A DNA stretch of 57,596 bases from Candidatus Omnitrophota bacterium (GTDB taxonomy: Bacteria; Omnitrophota; Gorgyraeia; Gorgyraeales; Gorgyraeaceae). Position 1 is the stretch's first letter, and every line of letters starts with the position of its first letter. The notes beneath the pieces are model-generated. The model saw only the letters and a list, made by a program, of their open reading frames with translations. It searched no databases and had not been told where the DNA came from. Of the stretch, positions 36,901 through 44,471 are shown one piece after another. The position numbers and the translations under genes are program-made. Location of the stretch: positions 1-57,596 of the forward strand of contig JABMRA010000087.1 of assembly GCA_013202925.1 (NCBI GenBank), given 5' to 3'.

Positions 36901-37213
36901 CAACGGCAATGGTTCAAAATATCCAAGATGCTCTGATCCATGGAAATATCTCTACGTGGAGACAGAGGGCTCTATCCTGCCGTGCTGTTATGCAGGGGCC
37001 CATATCGGATATCTTTATAGAGATGACTTCCAGGAGGTCTGGAACGGGGAATTCTATAGAAATCTAAGAAAGTCATTGGCAGAGGGAAGGGCAGAGGGGT
37101 GGTGTAAGTACTGTTACAAAAACAAACCCTCGAATGTAAACGATATCCGTTCGCATGTGAGTTTCAGGCCTGATCTGCAACAGAAGATCCTGAAAGGGGT
37201 TAGCCTCAAATGA
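30989..37213 (+). CDS. giant multidomain protein: GT2, coiled-coil, TM, GT2, GT4, radical SAM, radical SAM/SPASM-like
   Basis: Residue numbers follow the track ORF that starts at 30980. GT2-A aa 10-235 (IITVNFNG..VDNASTDDS..YGEDVDM). Coiled coil aa about 300-530. TM aa 561-585. GT2-B aa 612-835 (VMPNYNG..VDDGSTDGS..WEDIDIS). GT4 aa 932-1310 (GIKGKVLEAMAAGIPVVST). rSAM-1 CDSKCVMC, first Cys at nt 35084, then GGEPFL. rSAM-2 CDANCVFC, first Cys at nt 36257, with the C-terminal Cys cluster CSDPW..PCCYAG..WCKYC. The ATG at 30989 sits about 9 nt after AAGGAGG and is preferred to 30980. Confidence 0.85.
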   Translation: MKKNYPNVGIITVNFNGRKHLKELFDSVFRLQYPKDKMEVILVDNASTDDSVRFVKKNYPKVRIIKNDVNNYTKAVNLGIDSAEKAEYVALVNNDTRMSKNWLVELIGVISKDKKIAAVGSKILNMKGKVQNAGHYELPNFYWGERGAGQKAKRYTTVEEVPSLCGAAVLYRKDPLFETGLFDEDFVIYGEDVDMALRLRKKGYKLMFVPKSIIYHEFHGTASEDLAHYYIERNRLLFLAKHYPYKLSNSLLGSGYFTAEKSIDSCSKIYSIFPDVIKKLIKAHPLDIASEVASEVFEEMGKIINYENDLLAKEINKITEDRNNTYLNHAHVLKKLEEETSNVFKKDKELSALRDKYSNLSEQLKSRTGEASRQLKIISDKEKEISTQLRQRMDEVLIKDGQLIEKDSHITGLGNQINQLNAEVQEHLNSLQAKESLLAEREADLTNLRNELNNISTQLRQRMDEVLIKDNHITGLGNQIVQLNSQIAVLKEELDNLSDQLHRRMDEVLLKDSEINCLKDELSGIYNSEGFRFVLRPLWTILWHSRKFLRAAKRKLGQAFWLTITIILTPVFIVLSLCFFLEHITWSILKPLLKRVSPKRKIMPIKDSKISLVMPNYNGVDCLRECLPSVFSADGFTDGQNEVLIVDDGSTDGSVDFIREHFPQVRLIQNNRNRGFGFTCNRGVKSARNEIVVLINNDIILTKDFLQPLVGHLQKEDVFAVTPKLYAWDRKTFNWGMHMGHFKKGYISLWNEAETGNGDRISQTSPSIFAIGGAMVFRKSDFLWLGGFDSIYRPNCWEDIDISYQAWKRGLKVLYEPKSLMYHKARATLTYERPKEIKNELLFTWKNITDSEILKDHLNLLPMNFYRNRLNFLKGFFWALDYLPQMLLHRLLNRSYLKASDRGIFSNCMRYYRNFMRRGFRHLEENERKKVLLITPFMPYPLKQGGKIRIHALASLLKDKFDISLLALIHHKGEADYALELKGVFRDIHTVYPKTDIKSRLYPQRYKYAHSHALIDKLKEIQKNQPIDLIQIESNELLYLVNYVKHIPIIYTEHDSSVLFFRDSYYQIKDGTAFSNLFDYLKRVRLHHSLYKKLDRAILLSREDEEVLRPFFPKTNFSFIPTGVDIEKFSFVHPDRPKAKRLIYVGHYPHYPNEDAVIYFIKKIFPRIQKRIPEIEFLIVGSGPTEKIKQISNQHNIRLIPDVEDVWSYLRESAIFVNPIRISAGIKGKVLEAMAAGIPVVSTRVGSSGIMARNKQEILIADTPSAFARAVIKLLKDDTLYSGLAHNARNLVEQKYDWCRISQLLSQAYDETMAFDALSPVKEEMSFDKIVDLSNRIVEEAVEKGRFCSGFKYGPEELHIELTYRCDSKCVMCDLWDQHIRVPKQEKEMTLDEIRRFVDQSEHLKKIKTVVLSGGEPFLRKDLIEISGYFIERFPGISLGILTNGINTKAIIKTTKEIIKRHRPKNIWLGSSLDGIGEAHDRIRGKRGAFSAIEKTIQVCKKEGINITLTFTLSSRNYDQLIPAKRFAESYGIEFYIQFVVPKETREKGVFSFTPTQLKRIEADLHKMMQEEIKDVDYQRLSRELESDSYQGLVGKLYYLSNLVRYQKNPKRYFRKCVAGTKFAMFSPSGDLYFCPGLKNGSVGSIRKEKFDSLWTSKKADSIREFISHELCHCWLVCVVFPVIDQARSSIKGAAEKDTLDILVKTEDRKEKIAAFLEEDMRLAEKNSSLNEREYRLGKIDLESTPQGIGIGAHWKCDANCVFCLGGHPRLFDLNTYNQFFERRLFNVLPKAEFINLCGFGELLLMPRCDEFLDYMNKSLPFSNKILTTNGTALSDRINQRLTEGRYSVQISLHASEKRLHKTLTHMDSFDRIIEQTRNLLEIRKKQQSPSVNLVSVVNSLNIENLPQLVEFAAKLRVDSVLVNYMTIYSPAHLKLSCFFKQKITNRMFSMAEEKASKHGLSLTLPPKFGGNGNGSKYPRCSDPWKYLYVETEGSILPCCYAGAHIGYLYRDDFQEVWNGEFYRNLRKSLAEGRAEGWCKYCYKNKPSNVNDIRSHVSFRPDLQQKILKGVSLK
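32141..32540 (+). repeat. about 210-bp periodic intragenic repeats encoding the coiled-coil (ISTQLRQRMDEVLIKD...HITGLGNQI.QLN)
   Basis: ATCTCCACTCAGCTACGCCAGAG(G/A)ATGGACGAGGTCCTTATAAAGGA at 32141 and 32351. A third degenerate copy (CAGCTTCACAGAAGAATGGACGAGGTCTTGTTAAAAGAC) lies near 32487. Confidence 0.75.
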
Positions 37214-38805
37214 AAATAGCCCTTGTTCAATGTCCGGGATGGGGAAGAGACTGCCCTCCTTATAGCCTGGCACTTTTTTCTGCCATATTGCGCAATGCCG
37301 GCCATAAAGTTTCCTGCTTTGACCTAAATATCGCCCTTTATTGCAGCGGCCCAGAGAAATATCAAAGGTTCTGGGACGATAAGGATCTTTATAGTTTCTG
37401 GTCTAGCAAGGATTTGGTAGAAAAGTTTCTACAGGATAATAATAAGATGGTTGAATTTCAAGTCGAGCAGATTCTTGATACAGACGCAAGGATAATCGGC
37501 TTTACAGTGCATTTCAGCTCGCTTCTTGTAAGCCTGGAGATTGCGAGGAGGATCAAAGCGGCGGACAGGAAAAGGATTATTGTTTTTGGCGGTTCAGACT
37601 GTTGTCGCCAATTAAGAGGATTCGAGCTTATAAAAGAGGATGCGGTGGATATAGTCAATGTGGGCGAGGGCGACCTTAGCATCCTGGAATTGGTTAAGCA
37701 AGTGGAGACCAAGGGTGAAGTCGATTTTCTGAAGGGCGCCCTGGTCAAGAAAAATGGCAGTTTTATTGATTGCGGGGATATAGATGTAGTAGGCGACCTT
37801 GATAAGCTGCCCTTTCCTGATTATTCTGACTTTAGCGATGATATATCAGCAGGCATTTACAGGCAGCCTGAAAGGCTCGAGATACTGGATAGCCGCGGTT
37901 GCCCTACCAGGTGCCATTTCTGCAGCGAGTGGCAGTTCTGGAAGCGCTTTCGCTCCATGAGCGGGGAAAGGATGTTTGCCGAGATATCCTATCAGGTAAA
38001 AAACCATCCAGGCGTTGACTATTTTTATTTTATTGGTTCATTGCTCAATGGCAACATCAGGGCCCTGTCTGATTTTTGCGACCTTGTGATCAAGAACGGC
38101 TTGAAGATAAGATGGCTGGGTCAGCCGGTTATCAGAAAAGAAATGACAAGGGAATTTTTACAAAAGATGAGAAAGGCGGGCTGTGAGTGGCTTGGTTATG
38201 GCATTGAGAGCGGTTCCCAGAGGGTAGTTAACAGCATGAACAAGAAATTTTCATTAAAATTAGCGGAACAGGTCTTAAAGGATACTCATGACGCTGGCAT
38301 CATGGTCCAGGCGAATTTCATGTTCGGGATACCTACCGAAACAGAAAAAGATTTCAAAGAGACATTGAGTTTTTTGAAAAGGAACAGGGGTAGTATGGAT
38401 TCTGTCCTGGCGAGCCAGTCCTTCTGTGTCATAGACAAGGACACCTATCTTTACAATCATCCCGCAGAGTTTGATATAACAGACAGGGAGCACCATCTTT
38501 ACTGGGAATCAACAGGCAGTACCTATCCAGAGAGATTTCGTAGATACGAAGAATTTTGCAGATTAGCGCTGTCGCTGGGGATCCCTGAGACCTCAGGCGT
38601 GCTAAGAGTGAAGCCAGATAAGTGGAGGCTTTTAGGAGATTATTATTTATATAAGAAAGATTATCCAAAGGCAATAGATTGTTTTCATAAGGCACTGGAG
38701 GTCGAATCGCAGGAAGATTCTATATTGGAGAAGATCAATCATTGTCAGCAGAAGCTGGAGGGGTTAAGTCGTGACTATGCTGGAGTCCGCGAAGCAGGGG
38801 CTTGA
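37210..38805 (+). CDS. B12-binding domain radical SAM protein with C-terminal TPR-like tail
   Basis: MKIALVQCPGWGRDCPPYSLALFSAILRNAGHKVSCFDLNI, rSAM SRGCPTRCHFC (first Cys near nt 37900), YGIESGSQRV, and tail LGDYYLYKKDYPKAIDCFHKALEV. ATGA overlap with the giant gene. Confidence 0.85.
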   Translation: MKIALVQCPGWGRDCPPYSLALFSAILRNAGHKVSCFDLNIALYCSGPEKYQRFWDDKDLYSFWSSKDLVEKFLQDNNKMVEFQVEQILDTDARIIGFTVHFSSLLVSLEIARRIKAADRKRIIVFGGSDCCRQLRGFELIKEDAVDIVNVGEGDLSILELVKQVETKGEVDFLKGALVKKNGSFIDCGDIDVVGDLDKLPFPDYSDFSDDISAGIYRQPERLEILDSRGCPTRCHFCSEWQFWKRFRSMSGERMFAEISYQVKNHPGVDYFYFIGSLLNGNIRALSDFCDLVIKNGLKIRWLGQPVIRKEMTREFLQKMRKAGCEWLGYGIESGSQRVVNSMNKKFSLKLAEQVLKDTHDAGIMVQANFMFGIPTETEKDFKETLSFLKRNRGSMDSVLASQSFCVIDKDTYLYNHPAEFDITDREHHLYWESTGSTYPERFRRYEEFCRLALSLGIPETSGVLRVKPDKWRLLGDYYLYKKDYPKAIDCFHKALEVESQEDSILEKINHCQQKLEGLSRDYAGVREAGA

Positions 38806-39850
38806 CGAGAAACAAAAAAAGATTATTCAGGCCCTGAGTAAGCGCGATCTAAAGAAAAAACTGGAGAATTTTGTCCTCGTAGAAGAAGAAAAGGCAAGAA
38901 GAGAGGAGATCGTCTCTGGTTATCCCTACTGGCTCATAATCGATCCGGTTAATTTCTGCAACCTCAAATGCCCCTTTTGTCCTACCGGGCAGGAGAGGGG
39001 GTCGCGAAAGAGGGCAATACTTTCTTTTGACAATTTCAGGAAGATAATAGATGAGATAGGCCCTTACCTGATCCATATAGATTTCTGTAATTGGGGCGAG
39101 CCTTTTCTGAACAGGCAATTGCCGGAAATGATCAAATATGCCGAGAGGCATTATGTTGATACCAAGGTCGACACCAACCTTAATCTTCTCACTGAGGAAG
39201 ACGCTGAGAAAATAGTCCTCTCCGGACTTGATAAGATCATCGTATCCATAGACGGTATAACGCCCGAGACCTATTCTCGGTACAGGGTAGGAGGGGATTT
39301 TGATAAGGTCATGGAAAATCTCGGGATACTGGTCAAGAAGAAAAAGGAGCTCAAAAAGGCCACGCCTTATATCACATGGCAGTTTTTGGTGTTCAGGCAT
39401 AATGAGCATGAGGTAGAAGAGGCGAAAAAGATAGGTTGTGACTTAGGCGTAGACCACGTAGGTATTACCAAGGCATTTATTGGCGAAAAAGATTGGATCC
39501 CTTTAAACGAGGAGCTAAGCAATTACAGGCAGGAAGGACTAGGCAGCGGCTACACATCAGACGGCCTCAAGAAACCGCAGGGTACAATGTGCAACTGGCC
39601 CTGGGAGGCAATAACAATGAATCCCAATGGCTCTGTTTCGCCCTGCTGCTCTGTTGAAGACGAGAAAGATGACTTTGGCAATATCTTCCAGCAGCCATTC
39701 AGAGAGGTGTGGAATAATGAGAAATACAGGATGGCAAGGAGATATATCAAGGATAACGCGACGCAGGTTACGGGTGAGAATATCTGTGTAAACTGCGGGC
39801 ATTCAGGGATGATCAATATAGATATACTTTCGTGCCACAGTTTATTTTAG
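38771..39850 (+). CDS. radical SAM / SPASM domain protein
   Basis: DPVNFCNLKCPFCPTG (first Cys at nt 38957), NWGEPFL, and C-terminal SPASM-like CNWPWEAITMNPNGSVSPCCS...CVNCGHSG. GTG start at 38771 lies 7 nt after GGAGGGG. ATG at 38777 is the alternative. Confidence 0.8.
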   Translation: MTMLESAKQGLDEKQKKIIQALSKRDLKKKLENFVLVEEEKARREEIVSGYPYWLIIDPVNFCNLKCPFCPTGQERGSRKRAILSFDNFRKIIDEIGPYLIHIDFCNWGEPFLNRQLPEMIKYAERHYVDTKVDTNLNLLTEEDAEKIVLSGLDKIIVSIDGITPETYSRYRVGGDFDKVMENLGILVKKKKELKKATPYITWQFLVFRHNEHEVEEAKKIGCDLGVDHVGITKAFIGEKDWIPLNEELSNYRQEGLGSGYTSDGLKKPQGTMCNWPWEAITMNPNGSVSPCCSVEDEKDDFGNIFQQPFREVWNNEKYRMARRYIKDNATQVTGENICVNCGHSGMINIDILSCHSLF

Positions 39851-39978
39851 CGCAGATAAAACAAAAAATGTTTAAACAAATCAGTATCTAGTTATTTGTA
39901 AAGTAGTAAAAGATTTACAAATTCCCAGTGTTAAAAGGTCTCTAGCCATATTTTAACTGATTTATTAAATAGTGACTT

Positions 39979-41676
39979 ATGAATGCACGCGGTTTTCTTA
40001 GCAAGTTCGATAGAAGAGAAGTTGTTACTTTGTTATTGTTTGTTTCCGTTTATCTGGTGTTAGAATTGAGCCAAATTAAACTTCCTGGCTTATATTGTGA
40101 TGAAGCACATGATGCAGTAGGAACCTTACAAATTATGAAACATGTCAGTAGTGGATATTTGCAATCTATCCAATTTTTTGGTAGATATTTTCCATTGGTA
40201 AGGGGCACTTATCACGGCGCAGTAGGTTCTTATTTTATACTGCCATTTTTTTTGCTATTCGGAGTTAATATTGTCTCTCTACGACTTATGCCAATATTTA
40301 TCGGTATATTAACCTTAGTGTTTACCTATCTTTTTTCAAAGAGATTTTTTAGTCAGAAAGTGGCGTATTTAACAATTTTATTATTGGTTATCAGTCCAAA
40401 TTTTATCCTAGGGACAAAATTAGGCAATGATAATGGCTCTATAATGCAAATGATGTCCATGGCAAGTTTGTTTTGCCTTTTAATGTGGTACAGAAAGAAA
40501 AAGAATATTTTATTTTATACAGGTATGTTTTTCCTTGGTCTAGGCATTGCTACAAGGATTTGGTTTTTCTGGTTTATTGTCGCGCTCTTTTTGGCCAGTC
40601 TAATTTATATAAAAGATATTAATGAAATGATACGGAAAAATAAGCTAAATTATTTTAACCTATTTTTAGCAGGAATATTTGCTTTTTGTCTTGGTGCTTT
40701 TTTAATTATCTGCTTTAATTTTAAACATAATTTCATTACTTTAAGATACATCCTTTCCCATGCTGGCCAGAGTGTCGAGGGGGTCAGTAACCTTGATTAT
40801 TTTAATAATTTACTAATACGTATCCAGGATCTTGTTGTTTTGCTTAAAGAGCAATGGTTCGCATGGGTGATAGTAGGGTCTAAGGGGAATGAGCTAAGAT
40901 ATATATCCAGGAATGATCTTTGTCTTTGGGCATTTAACCTTTGTTTAATTTGGTTAGTTTTTTCTATTTTATTTATTAGAAAAAAGAGAGACATAAAACA
41001 GAGGAAAATTTTATTTTTATTATTATTGGTCTCTTTTATTTTTCTACAAAGCCCAATTACTCTTAGAGCTTTTGGGGGAAGTCACCTATTTATTTTATTT
41101 CCACTTTTACAATTGGTAATAGGTCTTGCGTTAGTCGATATGGTAAATTTTTTCAAAGGTAGTAAATTACTCGTTGCTGTAATCTCAAGCATTTTATTGG
41201 TGTTAATAATAACCGATCTGAATGTAATTATAAAAGAGTATTCTCGTCATAAAGAAACTGGAGGAGGCCCTAGTTATTCTGATAGTATAAATCAACTTGC
41301 CAGGTGGCTAAAGGAAAAAGAGATCGCTGTTCCTCTGGCTATGGATTGGGGATTGTGTCATAACCTTATTGTTCTTACAGATGGCAAAGTAAGGCCCCGA
41401 ACTTTTAGATATATTGAGGAGAGTGGAATTATTGAACCTGAACTAACATTAGTCAGAAATGAATTTATTAAGGATTTAAAAAAAGAAATAGAGGATAGAG
41501 ATAGATTGTTTTTGATTTTTCGCGCTCCCGAGATTAGTAATCGTGACCGCCATGATGATGTTTTGAAGATAACCAAAGAAACAAATAGGGATTATATTGA
41601 GGAAAAGAGATTTTACAGCAGAAATGGCCAGTTGATATATTTAGTCAATTCAATCAATTTATTAACTGATAAATAA
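39979..41676 (+). CDS. GT-C fold membrane glycosyltransferase (GT39/ArnT-like), strongly AT-rich gene
   Basis: 565 aa with about 12 TM helices. N-terminal PGLYCDEAHDAV loop, and a soluble C-terminal domain of about 130 aa. Hand-counted lines give about 30% GC, against about 45-50% in the flanking genes. Confidence 0.65.
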   Translation: MNARGFLSKFDRREVVTLLLFVSVYLVLELSQIKLPGLYCDEAHDAVGTLQIMKHVSSGYLQSIQFFGRYFPLVRGTYHGAVGSYFILPFFLLFGVNIVSLRLMPIFIGILTLVFTYLFSKRFFSQKVAYLTILLLVISPNFILGTKLGNDNGSIMQMMSMASLFCLLMWYRKKKNILFYTGMFFLGLGIATRIWFFWFIVALFLASLIYIKDINEMIRKNKLNYFNLFLAGIFAFCLGAFLIICFNFKHNFITLRYILSHAGQSVEGVSNLDYFNNLLIRIQDLVVLLKEQWFAWVIVGSKGNELRYISRNDLCLWAFNLCLIWLVFSILFIRKKRDIKQRKILFLLLLVSFIFLQSPITLRAFGGSHLFILFPLLQLVIGLALVDMVNFFKGSKLLVAVISSILLVLIITDLNVIIKEYSRHKETGGGPSYSDSINQLARWLKEKEIAVPLAMDWGLCHNLIVLTDGKVRPRTFRYIEESGIIEPELTLVRNEFIKDLKKEIEDRDRLFLIFRAPEISNRDRHDDVLKITKETNRDYIEEKRFYSRNGQLIYLVNSINLLTDK

Positions 41677-41768
41677 CTATCAGTAAGATTTATGATTATT
41701 TAATGTCAAATATTTTAATGAAAGAGTTTGAATAGTTTATTGGAATTTATAAAAGGATTGTATTTACA

Positions 41769-43340
41769 ATGAAAATTGCACTTATTCAATGCCCGGTCTG
41801 GGGAACATATGATCCGCCTGTTGCCCTGGCGCAGCTTTCGGCCTGTCTCAAGAGGGAAGGCCATGAGGTTTGCGTCTTTGACTTAAATATAAAACTATAC
41901 CGCAACCGCACAGAGAATTATAAAAACATGTGGGCCTGGGAGCAGAGTTTATTCTGGTATGATGCGGAACAGGTAAAAAAGTTCTTCAGGGACAATGAAG
42001 ATGATATCAGGCGTTATGCGGCAGGTATAGTTAAGGCAGGGGCCAGGATTGTAGGGTTTTCAGTAAGCGCGGCTTCGTGGTTGGCCAGCATTGAACTGGC
42101 CAAGAGACTCAAGGATATAGACAACAGACTGATAATTGTTTTTGGTGGCCCGCTCTTCTTCGAGAGAAGATACGTAGACTCCATATTAAAGGAGGCGGCT
42201 GTAGATATAGTCATCCCTGGCGAAGGTGAAGTCACTTTTTGCGAACTTGCTGGGGCGATCGAGAACAACAATGATATTTCTTGCTGTAAAGGTATAGCGT
42301 TTAAGAAGGACGGTGAAATCATAAAGACCCAGCCCAGGAAACTTCTGGCGAATCTTGACGATCTGCCGTTTCTGGATTTTTCGGATCTTCCCCTGAAGGA
42401 TTACGATGACTCAAGGCATATCCCTTTTATGGCCAGTCGCGGATGCGTGCAGACCTGCGCCTTTTGCAGCTCCCGCACGTTCTGGCCCGGATACAGGGCC
42501 ATGAGCGGAGAGAGGATGTTCAGGGAGTTTGAGTTCCACAAAAAGACGCAGGGCAGGATAAACCCGGATTTCGGGCATATAGATTTCCTGGATCTACTGG
42601 TAAATGGCAATATGGAATCATTAAATACTTTTTGTGATTTGATGGGCAAGGCCAGACTGAATATCTACTGGAGCGCCAATATGATCATCAGGCCGGAGAT
42701 GACGCCCGACGTGATCAGTAAGATGAAAGAGGCCGGGTGCGAGCATGTTATCTTTGGCATCGAGTCCGGTTCGCAGAGAGTTTTGAATCTGATGAAAAAG
42801 CATTATCGGATCCAGGATGCGGATCGAATAATTAGATGGCTGCATGAAGCGGGCATACTTGTCACCTGTAATTTTATGTTTGGTTTCCCGGGCGAGACAG
42901 AAGAGGATTTTAAGGAGACACTTGATTTTATAAGGAGGAACGCCGGATTTTTAGGCCGGGTCTATCCCAGCAGGACTTTTTGCGCAATAGAAGAATACAG
43001 TTATTTTCACGGCCACCTGGAGGAATTTGGGGTCAAGCCGAACCCGCCGAATCATCTATACTGGGAGAGCATGGACGGCGAGAGCACGTATCCTGTGCGT
43101 TTGGAGCGCTGTGAACAGTTTTGCAATCTTGCTTTGTCTTTGGGTATTGAGGTCGGCTGCGGGGTGCAGACCTCTGTCGAGCTGGATAAATGGCACAATC
43201 TGGGTTTTTATTATGAAGCCAAAAAGGACTACAAGAACGCGATGGACTGCTTTTTAAAATACAATAAACTGGATTCGGCTAATGAAGTGATCCTGAATAA
43301 AATCAATCTTTATTGCCATGAGCTAAAGGAGAGTAGATAG
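41769..43340 (+). CDS. B12-binding domain radical SAM protein (paralogue of 37210-38805)
   Basis: MKIALIQCPVWGTYDPPVALAQLSACLKREGHEVCVFDLNI, SRGCVQTCAFC (first Cys at nt 42444), FGIESGSQRV, and tail LGFYYEAKKDYKNAMDCFLKYNKLD. Confidence 0.85.
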   Translation: MKIALIQCPVWGTYDPPVALAQLSACLKREGHEVCVFDLNIKLYRNRTENYKNMWAWEQSLFWYDAEQVKKFFRDNEDDIRRYAAGIVKAGARIVGFSVSAASWLASIELAKRLKDIDNRLIIVFGGPLFFERRYVDSILKEAAVDIVIPGEGEVTFCELAGAIENNNDISCCKGIAFKKDGEIIKTQPRKLLANLDDLPFLDFSDLPLKDYDDSRHIPFMASRGCVQTCAFCSSRTFWPGYRAMSGERMFREFEFHKKTQGRINPDFGHIDFLDLLVNGNMESLNTFCDLMGKARLNIYWSANMIIRPEMTPDVISKMKEAGCEHVIFGIESGSQRVLNLMKKHYRIQDADRIIRWLHEAGILVTCNFMFGFPGETEEDFKETLDFIRRNAGFLGRVYPSRTFCAIEEYSYFHGHLEEFGVKPNPPNHLYWESMDGESTYPVRLERCEQFCNLALSLGIEVGCGVQTSVELDKWHNLGFYYEAKKDYKNAMDCFLKYNKLDSANEVILNKINLYCHELKESR

Positions 43341-44468
43341 ATGTCAGTCAGGCCGACCGCAGAGATAGACAAAAATCAGAGTTTTTCATTGCTGAGACAA
43401 AGGCAGAGTGATAACTCCAGATTGAATGACGCTGAATTTGAATCCAGGAAAATAATACTCGAGTCTTCGCCAAAGGTCTTTTTTCTACAGGCGGCCGGGC
43501 CCTGCAATTCCCAGTGTGTTTTCTGTTCAAGGGGGAAGGATTATGAATTTTTTGACCTGGAAACGCACAGGCGTCGCTTCGAAAAGAAACTCAGCATATC
43601 TCTTTTAAAGGCAGAGCAGATTGTGCTGACCGGTTCAGGGGAGTATCTCCTTCTTCCTGATGCCGAAAAGATACTGGATTATTTCGAGGATGGCTTCTCG
43701 CATGTAGAGAAGGTGTTTTCCACTAACGGTTCTGGCCTTACGCGTAAAATATGCGATAAGATAACAGGCGGCAAAAGCAAGTATACTATACATCTGAGCC
43801 TTCATTCTTCCAATAAAGACACTCATAAGACTATGACCCGCACGGATAATTTCGATAAGATCATAGATCAGTTGAATTATTTAGTCAGGACAAGAAAAGA
43901 TATGACCATGCCTACATTAAGGCTTATCTTTGTTGCCACCACCCTTAACATAGAAGACCTGCCTGATTTTGTAAGACTGGCAGCGGATCTGGGTGTGGAC
44001 AGGGTGGTCTGTTATTACAATTATATATATGTCCCTGCCCAGAAATACCTTTCCTGTTTCTTTAAGCAGGCGCTAACCAATAGGATGCTGGACGATGCAG
44101 ACAGGATAGCAACCAGGTCAGGCATAGCTATAGACCTGCCTCCGAGGTTCGGGCTGAAGCATTATGCTGCCAATACAGGCATTTGCAGAGAACCATGGAG
44201 TCAGATCATGCTCAATGCCGAAGGCCATGTCCTTCCGTGTGATGCGGCAGAGGATGGCAGCGAAAGCCTGGAAGGAAAGGATTTTATGGATGTCTGGAAC
44301 GGGACCTATTATCAGGATCTGAGAAAAAATATGATAGAGAGCAATAAATCATGCTTCAGGCATTGTTTCAGGGCCAACCCCGTTTCGGTAAACGACTTTC
44401 GCTCGCACGTAATCCGCAGGGGCAAGCAGGGATCAGAGATAGATATAACATGGGGAGATAATTTCTAG
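43341..44468 (+). CDS. radical SAM / SPASM-like protein
   Basis: QAAGPCNSQCVFCSRG (first Cys at nt 43503), TGSGEYLL, and C-terminal CREPWSQIMLNAEGHVLPCD..CFRHC..NDFRSHV. Starts the nucleotide after the upstream stop. Confidence 0.8.
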   Translation: MSVRPTAEIDKNQSFSLLRQRQSDNSRLNDAEFESRKIILESSPKVFFLQAAGPCNSQCVFCSRGKDYEFFDLETHRRRFEKKLSISLLKAEQIVLTGSGEYLLLPDAEKILDYFEDGFSHVEKVFSTNGSGLTRKICDKITGGKSKYTIHLSLHSSNKDTHKTMTRTDNFDKIIDQLNYLVRTRKDMTMPTLRLIFVATTLNIEDLPDFVRLAADLGVDRVVCYYNYIYVPAQKYLSCFFKQALTNRMLDDADRIATRSGIAIDLPPRFGLKHYAANTGICREPWSQIMLNAEGHVLPCDAAEDGSESLEGKDFMDVWNGTYYQDLRKNMIESNKSCFRHCFRANPVSVNDFRSHVIRRGKQGSEIDITWGDNF

Positions 44469-44471
44469 AAA

